DNA from: Octopus sinensis
Lineage: Eukaryota
Assembly: GCF_006345805.1 (NCBI RefSeq)
Contig: NC_043004.1
Span: forward strand, 34,534,001-34,598,000
Length of the DNA stretch: 64,000 nucleotides
Direction: 5' to 3'
Shown in pieces: positions 60,235-64,000 of this stretch. Within the stretch, counting starts at the first letter, position 1. Every line of letters begins with the position of its first letter. Made by a program: the position numbers and the translations under genes. Under the pieces are notes generated by a model. The model was not told the origin of the DNA, made no database searches, and worked only from the letters and a program-made list of their open reading frames with translations.

Positions 60235-61332
60235 TGTATGTATGCATGCATGCATGTATGTTTATTTAAATTCTTTCTCTGAGGAGGGGGCTGATTTTTA
60301 GCAAAGATACAAAGCTCCATCATTGGAATGTAGATAAATAAATCAATATTACATTTTAAACTTGAGAAATGTTTTGCATATTTTTACTGTTCCACTTACA
60401 GTTTGCATTTGTAATGTGTGAGCTAGTTGGTTGGTTACCTTTTCTAAAAACCCTAGCTTATCCAGATTGCCACTTAGGCATTTACTCACAAACCCAAGTA
60501 AATGACCCCTTTTGGTAATGAATGACAATTGAATAGCAGCTAGAAAGTTCCCCTCCAAGGTACAAGTCTGGACAAGGTTGTTTGTTGAAGACCAACTGCA
60601 TACCTGTCTCCCTTCTCTCCACACCACCGATATTGTCCAAGGGAAAGGCAAAGGCGAAGACCAATACAGCGTGGTACCAGTAACATTACAATCCATTTCT
60701 GCTACTGAGTAAAATATTTGGTCTAACTACTGAGACATGAGCTCTCTCCTATAAAACCAAGCGCACCAATTATCATTGGTATAAGTGTGAATTTATTATC
60801 AGGGTATAGAAGTTGGAGGTTTCATAGCATTTGTCCATGGTTATCCGCTGTCTCTTTGATTTTCAAAGAGATATTCTTATCAGCAGGACAGCAGACCTCT
60901 GTGATGCCACATACTTTTTCTTCTCTGTGCCAAACAATATCCAATCTGTTATGTTTACCCCTGATAGATGTTTAGATGGTAATGTTCCACCATATGTTAA
61001 TATGTATGTATGTTTGTATATATGTGTGTATGTATTTATGTATGCATGTTTGTATGTATGTAGTTATAATAATGAAGTCAAATCAAACAGTGATAATGTG
61101 AAATCAGTTAATATATCTTAAATGATTTCAAAGAATCCCTATTTGGTTTCATTTCATTATTGCAACTTATATGACCCAATGCCAGTCCAAACTAGTTGGT
61201 CTCGACTCCATATTTGCAGATATTCTTGCACTGATTTGGAATAGTGTGTTATATTTGACTTAGGTTAAAAGTTCTGGTATCATACATCACTTCTTAGTAT
61301 AGCATGAAATACATACATAAATACATATATAC

Positions 61333-61397
<65 letters not shown>

Positions 61398-61503
61398 TAT
61401 TATTAATAGTTAGGGAATGTAATAATTCCAAGCTAACAGGGGAAAAAATTTCAATTTAGCACACTAAATCAAAATTCATAATATATTATAAATATATATA
61501 TAT

Positions 61504-61901
61504 AGAATTTAGAGACATACCGCTATCCAGTTGTTCCATTTATGTCTTTCAAGTTTACATTTACATTTATATTGTTAAATTTTATTGAATTATTTACTGT
61601 TAATATACATATATTTATATACTTATAGTTTTTATTATAATATCTAAATTTATTTCTGTTATTTTTTTTACCTGAAGAGTAGCTAAATATTTTTAAGTTA
61701 AATTAACATAGAAATTTAAATTTAAAAAAATTAAATTTTAATATTATAGATTTATATATTTATTCATGAAACGCGTGTAGTCAATTTAATGTTTGATTTT
61801 TTCATGAGATTATTATAAAAATAATTATAAGATATTTAGTTAATTTTATGTATATCTTTTCACTATTGATGGAATAACTAGATAGTGGTTTGTCTCTAAA
61901 T

Positions 61902-61904
<3 letters not shown>
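61504..61904 (+). mobile_element. AT-rich fold-back element (36-bp inverted ends) with a degenerate hammerhead-like motif
   Basis: AGAATTTAGAGACATACCGCTATCCAGTTGTTCCAT versus the reverse complement of 61869-61904 (4 mismatches). Contains TAC-CTGAAGA-G..TAAATAT/ATATTTA..T-GAAA-CGCGT-GTAG at 61669-61780. Confidence 0.6.
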
Positions 61905-61968
<64 letters not shown>

Positions 61969-61980
61969 TATATGTATGTA

Positions 61981-63370
61981 TAATATAACGGGAGGCTTAC
62001 GAAAATAAACAAAAGACAAAGGCAGGTGGAGTACAAACAGACAATTGTATTAGTATGGCGTTCAGGAATAGAAATAAAACAAGTCTTTTACGTTTCGAGC
62101 CTACGTTCTTCAACAGAAAGATACACAGAAAAGAAACACGGAGAGAAACAAGGAGAGGAAAAAAATGCGTGCAGGAGCTAACGATTTAACATGGCGGTCT
62201 GATTTCAGCCAGAAGTCAGAGATCAGACGTTAGATGCAAGAGGGATAGTAGGGGAGATAACAAGGCCAAATGACCTCGCCCCAACATAAGGGTGCGTGTG
62301 TGTATGAGGGAGTATGTATGTGCATATGAAAGGTCTGGACGTGTGTATGTATGTATGATGTGATGTGTAATGTCGTATGGTGTAGTGTAGTGTCGTATGG
62401 TGTAGTGTAGTGTAGTGTGGTGGGAGGTGGGGAAAGCCCATGTGGGGTGTAGGTTCGGCTGGGGGTTGGGGTAGAGTGGGGTTGTGGGGAGAGTGAAAGG
62501 GGGAGAGAAGAGAGGGAGGAGTGGAGGAGGGAAGAGAGATGACGGGGAGGAGAGATAGGAGATGAGGGGGAGAGGGGAGGAGGAGGGAGGAGAGATGAGG
62601 GGGCAGAGAGGAGATGAGATTGGGGGGAGGGGGGAAAGAAGGAAGGAGAGGAGAGGGGGAAGAAAGGAGAGGAGAAGAGGAGGGGAGGGGGGAGTGAGGG
62701 AACAGAGAGAAAGAGAGAAGGGGAAGAGGGAAGAAGAAAGAGGAAAGAAGAGGAGGGAAAGGGAGTAGGGGTGAAAAGATGAAGGACTGAAGAGAAGTAG
62801 GGGTCGGGGGGGGGAGGTTAGATGATAGGGGAGAGGTTAGATGAGAAGGGGGAGTGTTGAGACTGAATGGCATGAAAGAGCGAAGAGAGAAGATTAATTC
62901 CTGTTCACGGTGCAAACGGGAATCCGGATGGCCTCTGTGCAAGGACAATCCGAACACAGACAGGTGTTGCAAGGAGTGACCGGTGGAGCGGAAATGGCGT
63001 GAGACCGGTGTGTCATTGGCAAGACGAATGTCATGGAGGTGTTCCACGAACCGGTCAGCCAAGTGGCGTCCCGTTTGTCCGATGTACAGGAAATGGCAGA
63101 GAGAGCAGGAGATGCAATAGATGATATTGCTGGAGGTGCAGGTGAAGAAGTTGATAATGCGATAGGGTCGATGATGGGTGCCAGTGAGGAGGGTGGCATT
63201 GGAGAGGTAAGAGCAAGTGCGGCAACGAGCCAGGTTGGGAGGTAGGGTCAGGGAAGGAGCTGTGGACCAAGAGGTCTCGTAGTTTATGGGCTTGTTTGAA
63301 GGAGGGGAGGGGTCGGTTAGGGAAGAGGTGTGAAGTGGACGGGTCGGACTGGAGATGCCGGAAAGCATAA
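61981..63370 (-). mobile_element. 5'-truncated Penelope-like element (GIY-YIG end + 3' pLTR region), flanked by (TA)n
   Basis: PLPSFKQAHKLRDLLVHSS (frameshift) CRTC...NIIYCISCSLC...YIGQTGR.LADRFVEH...PVSRHF...REQELIFSL is a PLE-type GIY-YIG domain. It is followed by a CT-rich tract and an HHR. Confidence 0.88.
62084..62121 (-). ncRNA. Minimal Penelope-type hammerhead with variant core
   Basis: Minus strand TCTTT-CTGTTGA-A-GAAC-GTAG-GCTC-GAAA-CGT-A-AAAGA: 5-bp stem I, palindromic ACGT stem III, GUA triplet, A6>U core variant and one stem II mismatch. Confidence 0.6.
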
Positions 63371-63404
63371 TATATATATATATATATATATACATAAGTA
63401 TGTA

Positions 63405-64000
63405 TGTATATATATGGACACATACGAGGTGCAGCAACATCAAAGGAAGATTAATCAGGAAGATAGCTTTCGTGTGCGTCACAGGGACAATAAACACCAC
63501 AGATGCTCAGAAAACAGATTCCATCACACTCCAGGGGGAGAAACTAGAAGTAGTTGATAGCTTCCACTACCTAGGTGACCAAGTTAGTAGTGGAGGTGGA
63601 TGCTTAGAGAGTGTTACCACTAGAATAAGAATAGCCTAGGCAAAGTTTAGGAAGATTCTATCTCTGCTGGTGACAAAGGGCCTCTCGCTCAGAGTGAAAA
63701 GTAGATTGTATGATGCATGTGTGCAAACTGCCATGCTTCACGGCAGTGAAACATGGGCCCTAACTGCAGAAGACATGCGTAGACTTGAAAGAAATGAAGC
63801 TAGCATGATCCGCTGGATGTGTAATGTCAGTGTGCACATACGACAGAGTGTAAGAGCCCTGAGAGAAATGTTGGACACATTTGTGCTGCTATGGTCATGT
63901 ACTATGGATGAATGCAGAGAGATGTGTGAAGAAGTGCCACTCCCAAACAGTTGAAAGAATCCGGGGTAGAGGTAGACCCAGGAAGACATGGAATGAGATA
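63405..64000 (+). pseudogene. RTE (BovB-like) LINE ORF2 C-terminal fragment, running off the window
   Basis: GEKLEVVDSFHYLGDQVSSGGG, RLYDACVQTAMLHGSETWAL, MIRWMCNVS, YGHV...CVKKC...GRGRPRKTW. One in-frame stop and an internal deletion. Confidence 0.9.

Noticed and set aside
965-63500. Numerous long ORFs made of YI/VC/MYVC/HT repeats (e.g. 31592-32351, 37047-37822, 50189-50896, 58979-59420)
   Set aside because: They are translations of (TA)n, (TG)n and (TATG)n microsatellites, which lack stop codons, and have no protein features.
62223-63500. 425-aa minus-strand ORF as an intact gene
   Set aside because: It is a composite of antisense RTE sequence, a TA tract, a frameshifted Penelope GIY-YIG piece and a CT-rich low-complexity tract.

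Overview
AT-rich, microsatellite-dense eukaryotic DNA with no clearly supported multi-exon host gene. The repeat families look like those of an octopod cephalopod (Octopus); this is inferred from recalled repeat motifs, not from a database search. Contents: (1) a near-intact, apparently full-length CR1-clade LINE (32326-37047) inside a (TATG)n array. Its intact ORF1 combines a Myb/SANT-like domain, polyQ and two CCCH fingers; ORF2 is APE-RT. (2) Fossils of RTE, RTE-X-like, R4/Dong and Penelope (GIY-YIG) retroelements, three Tc1/mariner transposase remnants, several MITEs and many SINEs. (3) The most striking signal is a set of non-coding elements carrying hammerhead ribozyme (HHR) folds, all embedded in (TA)n tracts. 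Most also have an inverted copy of their own 3' end on the 5' side. They include a very young ~595-bp tandem array with one HHR per unit (30003-31449), a diverged solo relative with a compensatory stem change (55390-55751), two fold-back elements (24806-25333, 61504-61904) and a Penelope 3' end with a minimal HHR (61981-63370). Together these suggest a Penelope-driven retrozyme/pLTR system that could make circular RNA. Four weak, phase-compatible candidate exons on + may belong to a host gene with very large introns. All coordinates were read by eye and may be off by a few bases.
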